Origin: Mobula hypostoma
Taxonomy: Eukaryota
DNA length: 64,000 nucleotides
Assembly (NCBI RefSeq): GCF_963921235.1
Contig: NC_086097.1
Span: forward strand, 70,930,001-70,994,000
Direction: 5' to 3'
A model generated the notes under the pieces. It was not told the DNA's origin and ran no database searches. It saw only the letters and a program-made list of their open reading frames with translations. The translations under genes were made by a program, and so were the position numbers. Numbering within the stretch: position 1 is the first letter of the stretch; each line of letters starts with the position of its first letter. Of the stretch, positions 25,430 through 38,600 are shown one piece after another.

Positions 25430-26460
25430 GTCATAGAGTCATACTGTACAGAAACAGGCCCTTCGCCCTAACTGGTCTATGCTGACTAAGATTCTGATCT
25501 AATCTAGTACCATTTGCTTGCATTTAGCACACATCCCACTAAACCTTTCTTATCCATATCCCTGTCCAAATACCTTTCAAATGTTGCTGATATAACTGCC
25601 TCTTGCATCTTGTCCATATACTGACCACTCTCTTTGTGAAAAAATTCTCCCTCAAGTTCCAATTAATCTCTCCCTGCTCACCTTAAACTTATGCCCTTTA
25701 TTACTTGATTCCCCAACCCTGGGGAAAAGACTGTGCCTACTCACCCTAATCTATGTCCCTCATAGTTTAATACATCTCCAGAAGATCACTCCTTATTCTC
25801 CTGTGCTCCAACAAAAAAATCACAACCTGTTCAACATCTCCCCATAACTCAGTCCTTCAAGTTCCGCCAATACCCTCGTAAATCTTCTGTGTAGTCTTTC
25901 CAGCTTAATGTCATCTTTCCTTCAGCAGGGTGACCAAAACTGAACACAATATTCTAAATGCATTCTCACCTATGTATGTGTACATCCCAACTTCTATACA
26001 CAGTGCCCTGAATGATGAAGGCCAGCATGTCAAAAGCCTTCTTCACTAACTTATCAACCTGGGATGCTGCTTAGAAGGAACCAAATACTGTACTCCTATA
26101 TCCCTCTGGTCTACAACATTCCCCAGGCCCTATCATTGACTTGAATATCCTACCCCGATCTGTTTTCCCAAAATGCAACACCTCACACTCATCCAAATTA
26201 AACTCCATTTGGCATTCCTCAGCCCACCTACTAGCAGATGAAAATTCCTTTTTTTTAAATTCTGGTAAGCATCTTCACTCTCAATGACACCACCTATTTT
26301 ACTGTTTTACGCTTACTAAGCAAGCCTTACACATTCTTATTCAAAGCATTGATGTAGATTCCAGTAGTAATGGGTCTAGCATCAACCCCTGGGGAGCACC
26401 ACTAGTCACGGGACTGCAGTCCAAAAAACAACCTTCCGTTATCATCCTGTGGTTCCTACA
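25430..26460 (-). mobile_element. CR1-like LINE, RT to 3' end fragment
   Basis: ORF 26341..26532 (-) contains PVTSGAPQGLMLDPLL, the RT SGVPQGSVLGP motif. CR1-like 3' UTR at the left end. Confidence 0.8.
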
Positions 26461-26619
26461 TTGTGTATGCAGAGCCCAGATGCACGGTTTCCACCCACAG
26501 GACTGACAGTTCTGTTCCCCCACAATCTTCACTCTAGCAGATAGTTTGTCGGCCCTGTATAAAGCTTGCTTAATTTGCGGAATTCACTGGAAGAAATGAA
26601 ATTCACAAATCACATTAGC

Positions 26620-28330
26620 CATACACTTTTGAATCCACTATGAAAATGCATAGTTTATTTTCAATTCTGGAACAACCAACGCATAACTGACCATGGGAAA
26701 CACACTGTGATTCATGATTAAGGGCAACAACTTTTGGTGATTGCCCTTGTTAATGTTCATATGTCAAACTAAGTGAACCAGGGATCTGAAATCCCTTCCA
26801 TTGAAAAGGTAGATCAGATGGGTTAGCTGGTATCTGAGATGTGAAATATTTTATCAACAGCATTACTATTCATTAATGTCACCTTAATTACGTGTGATGG
26901 TAATTTTTCAACTGATAATTCTATGCTCCTGTATAGTATTGGCAGATCCAATTTCCTGCAGAGCATGATCAGAGATCCTTCTTTTAGTTCAAGATTATAT
27001 GATGGCACATGAGGTTGTGACAGACAGTCTAAAAATTAAACATGAGAAATTCTGCAGGTGCTGGAAATCCAAAGCAACACATACAAAATACTGGAGGAAT
27101 TCAGCAAGTCAGGCAGCATCTATGGAAATGAATAAACAGTCAACGTTTCGGGCCAAGACCCTTCCTTGGGACTAGAAAGGACGAGGGAAGACACTAGAAT
27201 AAAAAGTGGGGGAAGGGAAGGAGGCTGACTAGGAGGTGATAGACGAAGCCGGGTGAGTAGGAAAGATAAAGGGCTAGAGAAGAAGGAATCTGTTGGGAAG
27301 GAGAGTAGACCATAGGAGAAAGAGGAGGGGACCAGGAGGAGGTGAGAAGAGGTAAGAGGCCAGAGTGGGGAAGAAGAGGGGAGGGAAAGGAAATATTTTT
27401 ACTGGAAGGAGAAATTGTACAGGTCGTCTGAAAAACATTGAAAGGAGGTCTTTACTTTGTGGCCTGTGCTGCATCTTTTGTTTTTTTTGGTGCAGAAATT
27501 GCTCTTTTATGCAACCTTTGGTAATTCAAATAGTGTTGAATAACATTTGGAAAAAATGCTGGCATCAGAATGTGAAGTGATGTAACAATTTGGCCAAAAT
27601 TATTCATCTACTCATTCTGTTGAGTATTCATGTTTATTTCCCCATTTCCAAATTAGGGCAAATTGAAGCAAAATCCTTTGCAAATAGATTCCTGTCAAAT
27701 ACACTGGCATACTGGTTCTTCCAACTGTAATCATTTAAAATTTTCCCAAATATAGAATGCTTTAATGCAGGTTCTAGTATCTCATGCATTTACTGGTAGT
27801 GTTTAACAAAATTCTTCAGCTAACACTAAAGTACCAGCTCCCATTAATTTATTACTGTGTCTAGGTTTTTGCAACATTCATTCTGACGTTTCAGTGGCTG
27901 CTTTCTGAGCCATTCTATTCCATCCATCCCAGACAATGAGTTTATAACCTTTAGAAGTTTTTTTTCAGTGCAGTTCAGTTCCCTGGCCAATGTTGTATGT
28001 TGGAATCTGCATATTGACCTCATTTAAAAGGAGTTTAAAAGCATAGTATGCAGTTTCCCCCCACATTAACAACACTGAAGCAATGCCTAATGATGTCAAG
28101 ACCATAAGACACAGGAGCAGAATTAGGCCATTTGGCCCATCGAGTCTGCTTCTCAGTCAAGGCCACGCCAATCATCTTTTATCTTAAAACTCTAGCCAAA
28201 CGTAAATGAACAAGGGATGCCCCCATTTCACCAGAAGCAACAAAAGAATATTATTTGTTGCTCATTTTAATTAGTCTATGTAATAGTATGTAAGGCATTT
28301 CTTTGGTATCTCACAAAGCTTAGTTCTTTC
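26620..28330 (-). mobile_element. Fossil Helitron RepHel PIF1-family helicase, split by two later insertions
   Basis: Minus-strand remnants in the correct order: VASGEMG (Walker A-like), SLGIASVLL.WGETAYYAFKL, KLIVWDG (Walker B), MGAGTLVLAEEFC*TLPV, CIKAFYIW, KRAISAPK, PSYNLELKEGSLIML, PSDLPFQWK.FQIP, SHGQLCVGCSRI. Confidence 0.85.
27038..27417 (-). mobile_element. Penelope-like 3' end fragment inserted in the Helitron
   Basis: Terminus homologous to 4450-4580, with a degenerate hammerhead (AACGTTTCGGGCCAAGACCCTTC on +) and a purine-rich 3' UTR complement. Confidence 0.78.
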
Positions 28331-28979
28331 TCTTGCTTATATTCATCTAAATATTTCAAATTGGAATTAGTATCCCACAAGAACTCAGAGCACAAATTTT
28401 CCGTTTCGTTTGGTCATTTCGATAGACCAAAGGTACTTGGGTCAGTTTCATCAAATAATTAGTACTTCAAAGATAGTTCTGATGAAATTTTCCTCAATTT
28501 TCAGTGGAGAAAATTTAAATCAGGCCATTGTGATGGGTATCATAAGGTTTAGAAAAAAAACAAATAGTTTAATGCACATCACCGTGCTAAAATTTAACAG
28601 CTAAACATAACTTACACGTAGAATTTCTGTTTTCTAGTTCGTTTCATTACTAAACTATGTGTGGGACACACTCTCCATTCTATGAAACTCTGCAGTGACC
28701 TACTTATTTGGCCGCACAATGATGAATTTAATATTGAATATAAACCTGATATCAGTACAATAAACTCAAAAGTAAATGTCTGAAATTTACCTCAAAAATG
28801 GATCTGGAAAAAAAAATCTCATCAATTTTCAATGGTGACAATTGAAATTAAGCCCCATTTGGGCTATAGAGGATTTCACATCTGTATGCTAAACCTAACT
28901 TAATTCCAAAGTTATAGGTTTCAAGACTGTTTTTAATTCCGAGCTATGTGCAGGAAACATGGACGATTTTTTTATTATA

Positions 28980-29036
28980 CACTCAGTGGCCACTTTATTA
29001 GGTAACTCTTATACTTAATAAAGTGACCAATGAGTG
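28980..29036. mobile_element. Minimal Tc1-type MITE (TIRs only)
   Basis: TA-CACTCAGTGGCCACTTTATTAGG...TTAATAAAGTGACCAATGAGTG-TA. Confidence 0.85.
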
Positions 29037-29374
29037 TATATCTTTGGATTAATTACATCACTGTTACAAAAGCGTCCAGACGTTGGAGAAGTAACAACGT
29101 AAAGGACACAACAAGTTCTAAATGCAATGCGAATAAGTTTCAATGAACACTTACAGAATTTAAAGCACCGCAATCTAACATTCTTGAAGGGGAAACTCGT
29201 TGAAACATGAGCTTTAACCAAGAAAGCCAATGTTTAGTCTCTTGGCAGAGCCACATACTAGGCAGAGTTAAATCTATGAACGACTATTTAAACCAACTCA
29301 TGGAAGGTTTTCCTTTCCAAGCAAATACTTGGATAATCTGTCAGAAAGAGCATTAAGGGAGAAATAATTTTTAT

Positions 29375-29910
29375 AGATACACTGTAGAAAGCATTCTTCT
29401 AGGGTGCATCACAACCTGGTATGGAAGTTGTCCTGTCCAAGACCGGAAGAAGCTGCAGAAGATCGTGAACACAGCCCAGCACATCACACAAACCAATCTT
29501 CCGTCCTTGGACTCACTTTATACTACACGCTCTCGGAGCAGTGCTGCCAGGATAATCAAGGACACGACCCACCCAGCCAACACACTTTTCACTCCTCTTC
29601 CCTCCGGGAGAAGGCTCAGGAGCTTGAAGACTTGTACGGCCAGATTTGGGAACAGCTTCTTTCCAACTGTGATAAGACTGCTGAACGGATCCTGACCCGG
29701 ATCTGGGCCGTACCCTCCAAATATCCGGACCTGCCTCTCGGTTTTTTGCACTACCTTACTTTCACTTTTCTATTTTCTATTTATGATTTATAATTTAAAT
29801 TTTTACTATTTATTATTGATTTGTATTTCAGGGAGCACGAAGTGCAGAATCAAATATCGCTGTGATGATTGTACACTCTAGTATCAATTGTTTGGCGACA
29901 AAGTAAAATA
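29375..29910 (+). mobile_element. Rex1/L2-group LINE 3' fragment
   Basis: VESIL..CITTWYGSC...RKKLQKIVNTAQHIT...HPANTLFTPLPSGRR..NSFFPTVIRLLN (ORF 29465..29695), followed by a 3' UTR. Confidence 0.8.
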
Positions 29911-30039
29911 GAAATATTCGTAATACAATAAAATATTGAGGGCACTGGGGGTGATCTCAGGCGTCAGAAATTTTTTTTGTCTCATCCCAGGTGACATACA
30001 CTTGCTAGGTTAAACCACAAAAGCCAGTATCCGAACTTC

Positions 30040-30480
30040 GAAGTGAAAGTAAAATTATTATCAATGTACGTGCATGTAAACTTATACTACCTTGAGATTC
30101 ATTTTCTTACAGGAATTTACAAGATATTAAAGAAATAAATACAATAGAATTTATGAGAAAACTCTACATAAACAAAAACTGGCAAACAAGCAATGTACAA
30201 AAGAAAGCAAGTTGTGCAAATAATAAAAAAAAATAAGTAATACCGGGAACATGAGTTGTAGAGTCCTTGAAAGTGAGTTTATAGGTTGTGGAGTCAGGTC
30301 AGCATTAAGGTGAGTGAAGTTATCCACACCGGTTCAGGAGCCTGATGGCTGTGGGTAATAACTGTTCCTGAACCTGGTGGTGTGGGGCCTAAGGGTTCTG
30401 TACATCTTGCCCAATGGTAGTAGGTGAGAAGAGATCATGGTCTGGATGGTGATGGTCCTTGATGAAGGATGCTGCTTCAT
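30040..30480 (-). mobile_element. Rex1/L2-group LINE 3' fragment
   Basis: ACTGTTCCTGAACCTGGTGGTG and GTCCTTGATG are the complements of the same C-terminal coding motifs seen at 29465-29695. Confidence 0.65.
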
Positions 30481-30714
30481 GATGATATGCACCAGAAGGA
30501 GTGGCAGAATTTATTACTGAGCCAACAGGGAACTCATTGGTTATGCCTTTCTTAAAATTGCACCCATGTTTATAAAACTATTAATTGAAAAGTGCTACAA
30601 TAAAGTAAACAAAGTTCAAAGGAAGTTCAGTTAGAATTAACTTAAGAAATATATGACATCACCTTGAAAAAAATGTATTTCAAAATGATTTTGTTTTTCT
30701 TCTCTCTTCTTAAG

Positions 30715-30838
30715 CCCTTCCACAAGTAATAACATTCCTTTAATGAGAGTGGTACAATCTGTTAAACACACAAAGAGGAGGAGTAGCACTGTACTGAAGG
30801 AGGGCTGGATGGTTCACTTCACCAGCAAGGACAATCTG
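30715..30838 (+). CDS. PRKD1: PRKD1 internal exon (124 nt; start of PH domain)
   Basis: Polypyrimidine tract, then taag|C...CTG|gtaag. Translates (S)[41 protein letters not shown]. Confidence 0.96.
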
Positions 30839-30940
30839 GTAAGAATATTATTGATGTAGACCAGCCAGATATTTGACATTTCATCTGTACACCTTTGTGA
30901 AGGTGCAAATGGATGGCAAGTTTAGTGTTGCTGCAAACTG

Positions 30941-30947
30941 ATATCTA

Positions 30948-30989
<42 letters not shown>

Positions 30990-31048
30990 CTCCCCTCCCT
31001 CCCTCCCTCTCCCTTTCTCCCTATCTCCCTATCTCTATCTCTCTCTCC
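30941..31048. repeat. (CT)n / pyrimidine-rich microsatellite
   Basis: ATCT repeats, then a long CT run and CCCT variants. Confidence 0.95.
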
Positions 31049-31470
31049 TGCCCATAATTCTGCTGGTGTTTACAGCAGCAGAGTAGGTCCTCCATCTGTA
31101 GCAGTGTTCAGGGTTCCTTTACCATATCAGTAGTTTAGTTTTCACTCCTGTCAATCATGAGGAGTGAAAACCAAGCTACTGATATGATAAAGGAACCCTG
31201 AAGTACTGGGTGGAGACTCAGGAATACTGTTGCACACAGATGTAAAAGGGTTCCCCGTTGCTGTTTCCATAACAATTTTGTATTACTAGTCAAGGTTGTT
31301 AGCCTGAACCTGGAGGACCGGTGGACCACTCTTAGTCTGGCTTCTACCCTTTGATCTATTTGGCATAGGTGATCGTACCAAGAGCCAAAACACAAAGCCA
31401 TGATTCAGGCCAACATAGCTCTCTAAGTCAATGAGACACACAAGCCTCCAAACCACAACAAGGTTAGGAT
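31049..31470 (-). mobile_element. Probable RTE-related non-autonomous repeat
   Basis: AACCTGGAGGACCGG and CCACAACAAGG motifs resemble RTE 5' regions; recognised from memory only. Confidence 0.4.
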
Positions 31471-32079
31471 CCTCTTGGTACTTACTGTATATTTTTCTAG
31501 AAAGTATTCAGCTTGAGAAAAGAAATATATACTTCCATGTAGAAGGTAATCTTAAGTCATTTGGGTTTTCCACTGTGTGGAATGCAATTCCTCTAATCCT
31601 AAAAGTAATTCCGCTGCCAGAGTTCTTTTGACAGTGCTACATACTGTCTCTGAGCTTCTAAGCTGATTTGGTGGGGAAGGAATTCTACAGCTTGTCAAAT
31701 ATTAATATCAACTGGGTCTGCCTGGAACCAGAACGGAGACTGGAAATTATAGTCTGAAATCAATCTGTGTTCTTAGTTTTGGGATTGTTTGATGCCCATT
31801 TAACTAGCAAGCAAAGTAGGATTGGAAAAGCAAATTTAGTGATGGGACTGATACAAGAAGTAGCAGAATACACTCCTTATTCAGAAACTGTGTACCAAAC
31901 AAAGACCAGGAATTGTGTTTGCAAATAGCTTTTAAAGCAACATGGTGAATGGACAGGTTGGGGCCTGCTGGAGATGTCACAGGCTTAATAAGCAAGCTCA
32001 GTGAATGTGGACTTTCAGAATTTGTTGATAAATTTATTCCTCCTGCTTTTCACTTCACATAATCGATATCCAGCCATGG

Positions 32080-32250
32080 AGACAAGAGACTGAAGATGCA
32101 GAAATCCTAAGAAAAATAAACTGCTGGAAGAAATCAGTGGGTCAAGCAGCTTCTGTGAAGGGAAAGGGCTGCATAACATTTCGGGTCAAGAGTCTGAATC
32201 AGAACCAGCCCTAATACAGGGTTTGGGCCCAAAACTTCAACTATTCCTTT
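32080..32250. mobile_element. Old palindromic Penelope-terminus derivative
   Basis: Terminus-like start, with head-to-head degenerate hammerhead halves (AACATTTCGGGTCAAG ... CTAATACAGGGTTTGGGCCCAAAAC). Confidence 0.55.
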
Positions 32251-35081
32251 GTTTCACCATCCAGCTATTAACTGTCCTGTTATTTTCAAAAATATTATTA
32301 AACCTGCACATTATTTAATCATTAAATTATAGTAATTGTTTAGCAATATCATAATTAGTACAATACCATTCAATTTCTCTGATCCAGGACAGAAGTGACT
32401 TGTGCCAGTCTCTCTTATCTTCAGATAGTTAGAAAAATTTCCAAATGCCATGTTTCAGTATTTTTTCCATTTTCCTTTCTGATTTGTTTTTCCTGTCACA
32501 TTATTTGAGTCATCCTCTTCCTCTGTCATTTTCACATTTTCAATTCTGCCGTGGGATTCAGACAGTGCTGCTCGGGAAGCATTTAATGTCCATTCCTATA
32601 ACTGTGTGACATTGTCAAAGGCCAGGTACTTTACTTACTTACTTGGACCCTTAGCTCCTAAGCGGAGCATGGGTCATCGATGACCTCCCATCTCCATAGT
32701 TCTCTGAAGTCAATGGTATGGTTGGAGTTCATCAATGTTTCTGTAATCGATTGCATCCACTCTACAGGGGATTAGCCTATACAGCTTCACCAGAGTCCCG
32801 TTAGCCGGCCTTACCTGTTTCCACCTCTCACAACCGGGACATAAAGTTGGACTTGGAAAGGCAAAACCCAAATAAGAATGCCTTACTATGCTGGGTCCCA
32901 AATCACACATGAGTCAGATTTTCCCTGAAGGATACCATTGAACTAAAGGGGTTTCTATAATTCAAAATTATTTTGGTGACTGAATTTACATTCCCCTGCT
33001 TCTTAAGTAGACTTGAACTTCTATCTCTTGATCAAAAGTTCAGTTTAGCATCCTATTTCCCGTACTGGGTTTAGCACTTTACCTCTACCTGTATGGTTCT
33101 GCCTTTCATTCCTCAATCCTTAAATCCCTTTGGTTATTTATTTTATATTCATCCTGTTGTTCATTCGTGTACTATGCAAAAATTAAATCATACTTGTAGC
33201 AAGCTACTGCGCAAGATATCTTAAGCTACAAGATGAAGAAAAGTCTGCAGCAAACCCAGCCACCTTCGGATAAATCTGACACAGTTCAGTTCCAAAACTG
33301 AATAATTATTCTGTGCATTGTATGTTGAAATGCATGTTGAATTGTTTTAAATTTCTCATGTTCCCAGTCAATGTATCCATTATATTATGGCTTTTCTCTT
33401 TCTACAATTTCAAGCATATGGTTAAGTTGCAAAGTGCAAATGTCTTCCATAGATAATGTAAATGAGTTGAATGCTTTTCTCTATAAGTTTACCCAGTTCA
33501 AACACATCTCTTGCCACAGACAGGTTATTTTGTACATTCACCCAAAATGCAATCGATGTTTTTAAGCAGCAACAGAAAAACATTCAAACATTTAAACTTG
33601 ATACAACTGTCAGAGACAGTGCATCTGCTATCCATTAGTCAGCAAGAAATTCGAGTATAAACTTCTGATCATTAGAAAGGTGCAGACACAGAGTGTGAGA
33701 GAGGCTTTCCTATTTTCACTGCATTAAAATCATTAAAGTACACAGAAGGGATTTGGATCTCTGCCTCTTGTGCAGTTAATAGCAATGATTTGTTGTCAGA
33801 TTTGACAGAATTTCCTACAACTTCTGTGGGAATAACCACACCAGTGATGAAATTCACCATCACCATTCCCCTTTGATGTTAGAGAGGATGTCACAGTCTA
33901 ATCAGTTATTATCTTGCATTTAATATTTCAAGCATATATATTTAAGTTTTTCACCTATGTGACTGTAGGAAAAGCCAGCAAATTTGTTTAAGTTTTATCA
34001 TAGCTCCTGCTTTTGAAAGGTTGGGAACTAATAAGTCTAAATATTTTCAATATAAATGACATTGTCTCTGTTATTTTTTTCCTTCTGCATTTTTGACTTG
34101 CAAAGCTGATCAAAAAATACATCTGAGTATTTTGGCAAATAATTAGAACTACATATTGCACATTAAACTTGAACAATCTATTTTATACCTTTGTAGTTCC
34201 AGAAGATGGTGCCTGCGAGCTGCCCTGTACCTGGTGTGCTATGTTCTTTATTAACACACATACTCTTTCTAAGCTTTCTCAGTTTAGATTTGAAAACATT
34301 TTTGTGGTATATCCACGACAGCCTAGTTTCACTGCAGTCTGCAACATACTTTCATTGTACTGGTAACTGAGAAATGCACTTTATACAAATTCACTGCTCA
34401 GATTAAGAAAAGTACTAAAATAATTCTAAGCATGGGTAGTTATAAATTAGGCATTACTATTTTTTTAACCTTAGCTAATAATATCCTGGAAGTATAATTC
34501 CATATGGAATATTGTTCATAAAACTTAACTGTTTTTTCTCAAAATGCTAATTTTAAACCAACTATCTTGTCAACATGATTTCTTGACACTGTGACGTTAG
34601 TAATCTGTGTTCATAGTAACAAAAAACTAAAGCCGAGAAATAGAATTAAAATAATGTAGAGAACAGAGGAAAGAGGGAAAATATTTGAAAGTATACATAA
34701 AATAGAACAGGATGTGTGTATAAAGAAGATTGTAAGTGAGCCAACTTTGGGAACAGAGAGGAAAGAGAAATACAATCTGTTTTAGGTTTTTTTTATTATT
34801 ATAATATGACTCTTCAGTGTGGTATTGTCCAATTTGCATCAGTCTCTTAGCATTATCCTGTCTCGAGAGATTTACCATAACATCGATAAAACCTTTTTGG
34901 GCACTTAGCATAAAAACCTCTGCAGTACTGTATAAACACCTCCGCCTGTGGCACTGACATTTATTCAGCACAGAAGGCTTTTATTGCCTAATACCGGTAC
35001 ATAAACGATGCCACCATTTAAATGTGCTATTCACTGTTCTTTTAAGAATTTTCTAACATTGAAGTGTGTTTTATCCTATAG

Positions 35082-35159
35082 AGAAAAAGACACTATTGGA
35101 GACTAGACAGTAAATGTATCACCCTCTTTCAGAATGATACAGGAAGCAAATATTACAAG
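35082..35159 (+). CDS. PRKD1: PRKD1 internal exon (78 nt; PH domain)
   Basis: tatag|AGA...AAG|gtaaag. Translates [26 protein letters not shown], phase 0 at both ends. Confidence 0.96.
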
Positions 35160-36639
35160 GTAAAGGTTTCGTTACTTGATTTTCTCAGTCAGACATTAAC
35201 ACTGAATAAATAATCTAAAATGATGCAAGCTAAATGTCAGTGAAAAGTTCCGGTTGAACTCTTGCTTTTATTCCAGTTTATTCCAGATGATCATTTAAAG
35301 CATCTTGGGTAGTTTAATAAGGATTAAATTTTAAAATAGTTACAGAAGTAAGCAAATCAAATTAACTTTTTTTTACATTGAATATCTACATCTGTACATC
35401 TACATTTAAAACATGAGTAATATGTAGGTTCCATACTGATCCACTTTGACTACAAAGGCAAAAGAAGATGCTTGTGATTTTTTAATAGCACTAAGCTAAA
35501 CACTGAAGAACAACAGAAATAAGTATTGCAACTTTATTGAGCTGCTGTCTGAAATATTTTAAAATGTGTTTCAAGAATTCTGCATAGCAGAAAATAGTAG
35601 TGCCCCCAAATATTATTTGTGGTTAACAAAAAAGCTACAACACATTTAAAGCCTTATTTTTTGTAAACAGAGGTGCTCAGCCCCAATTTACACTGCTCTT
35701 GTTGTAGTCTGTCAGTCTCAGAGGGCAACATGCTGTGATTCATAATTTAAGTCACTTTGACATGTAGAGGAATTATGTCATCATGGCACATTTCTGCCTG
35801 TGATTGACAGGTGGCATTGTAGACCTTGTGCTAACAGACGGTAAGTATCAATTTGTTAAAGTTAAAGGTTAACCAGTTACAAGTTTAAAATTAGCTTCAC
35901 AATTCCTTTTTGAAAAGTAGTTCAAGCTACTGCATTACTCATTTAAAAATATTGAGGCAGGCAGCTTTGAATTCCATTAAATGATGGAAACAACAATGTA
36001 TCAATAAAGATATTCCTTTATACTAAACAGCATAATAATATTGCATGTATATGTTGATTTAAACCTGTGAAAAATATTTTGATGCATATGTTATATTCCA
36101 ACATGTACACCTAATGTCATTCAAATGACAAAATAATGGGATATGACCAACTAATCTTAACACAGTGAGGGGAAAATTTGAAATGGGCTTCTATTAAGGT
36201 GGTTATCCTGTGAGATGTTTCTTTCTGGGGGGCAAATCCAAAGGATTATTTATTTTTCATACTGCAGCGAGCTGCATTGTAGGTATTACTTGGTGGCAGC
36301 AATTACGAGGTGCTAAACTGTGTTGGTTAGCCACAAATGGAAGGATGGTTACTTGAACTGGAATGTCAAGAAGGTTGAAACAATTGGCCTCTGTATGACT
36401 GGGCTGGCTGAAAAAAGGCTTCAGCCTTGAGCTTATTCCCTAGTATAACCACTGATTAAAAACATGCATGCTCATTACAGTGGAAGGAGGAGAAAAAATT
36501 CTTTTTATAAAATGCAACAATCTGATCTAGATTTTATCTACATACAATCTTTGAATCTGAACATGAAACCAAGGTAACAGTTTACTTAATTTATTGTGCT
36601 GGCAATTAAAGGTCATTTGTGAATGTACTTTAATTGCAG

Positions 36640-36919
36640 GAAATTCCACTATCTGAAATTTTATCTCTGGAACCTGGAAAGAACTTCGACTTAGTACCTG
36701 CTGGAGCCAATGCTCATTGCTTTGAAATTACTACTGCAAGTGTAGTCTATTTTGTTGGTGAAAATCTGACAAATGATTTGAGTACACAAAAAAACAACAG
36801 CCTGGTGTCAGGTGGCACAGGCTTGGATGTTGCCCAGTCATGGGAGCTAGCTATCCAACATGCCTTGATGCCTGTCATTCCGAAAGGTTCATCTGCGGGA
36901 TCAGTGCACAGCCTACACA
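36640..36919 (+). CDS. PRKD1: PRKD1 internal exon (280 nt; end of PH domain)
   Basis: ttgcag|GAA...CACA|gtaagt. Translates [12 protein letters not shown]...[19 protein letters not shown]...[18 protein letters not shown]...LH (ORF track 36634..36936). Confidence 0.96.
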
Positions 36920-37024
36920 GTAAGTTAAATGCCTGAAATTATCAAATACTTTCTGAAGTGTACTCCTTACCTTTGTATATTTATATAAAATGCACTGTAA
37001 GTGTTAAGTTATTTAAGTAGATCA

Positions 37025-38600
37025 CATGGGGAGCCAGGGAGAGCAAGCTCAGTGGATTAAAAAAATTGGTTCGATGGTAGGAAGCAGAGAGTGATGGTTG
37101 AAGGTTGTTTTTTGTTTTTCTCATTGACGGCCTGTGATCAGTGGTGAGCCGCAGGGATTGGCACTCGTCCTTATTTCAAAACAATTTGAATAAGAATGTT
37201 TCGAGGCATGGTTAGTAAGTTTGCAGGTGACAATGAAAGTGGTATTCTAGGCAATAAGGAAGGTTATCAAAGTTTACAAAGGGATCTTGATTAGATAGGT
37301 AAGTGGGCTGAGAAATGCAATCTAGACAAGTTTGAGGTGTTGCATTTTGGCAAGTCAGAACTGGGTAGGACTTTCACAGTGAACAATACTGCCATGTAAA
37401 GTGTTAAAGAACAGAGTGACTTAGAAATACAGGTACATAATTCTCTGAAAGTGGCATCACAGATGTTCAGGGTGGAGAGGAAGGTCTTTGCCATACTGGC
37501 CTTCATGAGTCAGGACATATAGGAGTTGGGATGTTATGTTGCAGTTGTATAAGACACTGGTGAGATCACACTTGGAGTTTTGGTTACTCTGTTCGGAAAG
37601 ATGCCATTAAGTTGGATACAGTGTAAAAAAGATTTATGGAAATATTGCTAGAACTTGAGGGCATTAATTACAGGGAGAGGTTGGGTACACAAAGATTTTA
37701 TTCTTTTAAGTGGAGGAGATTGAGGAGTGAAGATAGAATTAGAATATTTAAATCTTACAAACATCCCACAACATGAGGGAGTAAAAATTGTCGCATTATG
37801 ACTCTGATACAATGTACATACATGTGAGTGTATAAGTCCAACTGCTTGTAGAAGGAAGCTGTCCCGTAACTTGTTGGTCCTGGGTTTAATGCTGTGGTAG
37901 CGTTTGCCAGACAGAAGCAGCTGAAACAGTTTATGGTTGGGGTGACTGGTATCCCCAGTGATCTTCCAGGCCTTCTTTCTGCACCTGCAGTTATAAATGT
38001 CCTCAATGGAGGGAAGTTCACATCCATAGAATCACTGGGCTGTCATACCACTCTCTGCAGTGCCCAATAATCAACATTGGTGCAGTTCCTGACCAGGCAG
38101 TGATACAGCCAGTCAGTATGCTTTCAATTGTGCCCCTGTAGAAGGTCTTGAGAATTTGGGGGCCCATGCTGAACCTCTTCAGTCGCCTGAGGTGGAAGAG
38201 ATGCTGTCGTGCTTTTCTTGCCACAAAGCCAGTGTGTGCAGTTACAGAGGTATATAAAATCATGAGGGGCACAGACAGGCTGAATGGACCAAGTTTTTTT
38301 TCCGGAAAAGGGAATCAAAACCTTGATGACCTAGGTTTAAGGTGGGAGGGGTAAGATTTAAGAGAGACCTGAGAGGCAACTTCTTCACACAAAGGACGGT
38401 TCACAAATGGAGGAGGAAGTGGTTGAGGCAGGTACAGTTGAGAGACATTTGGACAGGTACGTGGATAGGAAAAGTTTGGAGGATATGGGACAAACGCAGG
38501 AAAAGGAGACTAGCTTCAATGGGCATTTTGATTGCATGGACAAGATGGATCAGGAAGCCTGTTTCTGTGTTGTATTGCTTTATAACTCTGTAACTCTATA
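37025..38600 (+). mobile_element. CR1-like LINE RT to 3' end, interrupted by a minus-strand Rex1/L2-group fragment at about 37740-38240
   Basis: PVISGEPQG and SKFAGD RT remnants. The CR1 text resumes at 38241 (EVYKIMRG.DR...FKRDLRGNFFTQR). The insert reads RKARQHLFHLRRLKRF...FYRGTIESILTGCITAW (38018..38272 -). Confidence 0.8.
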
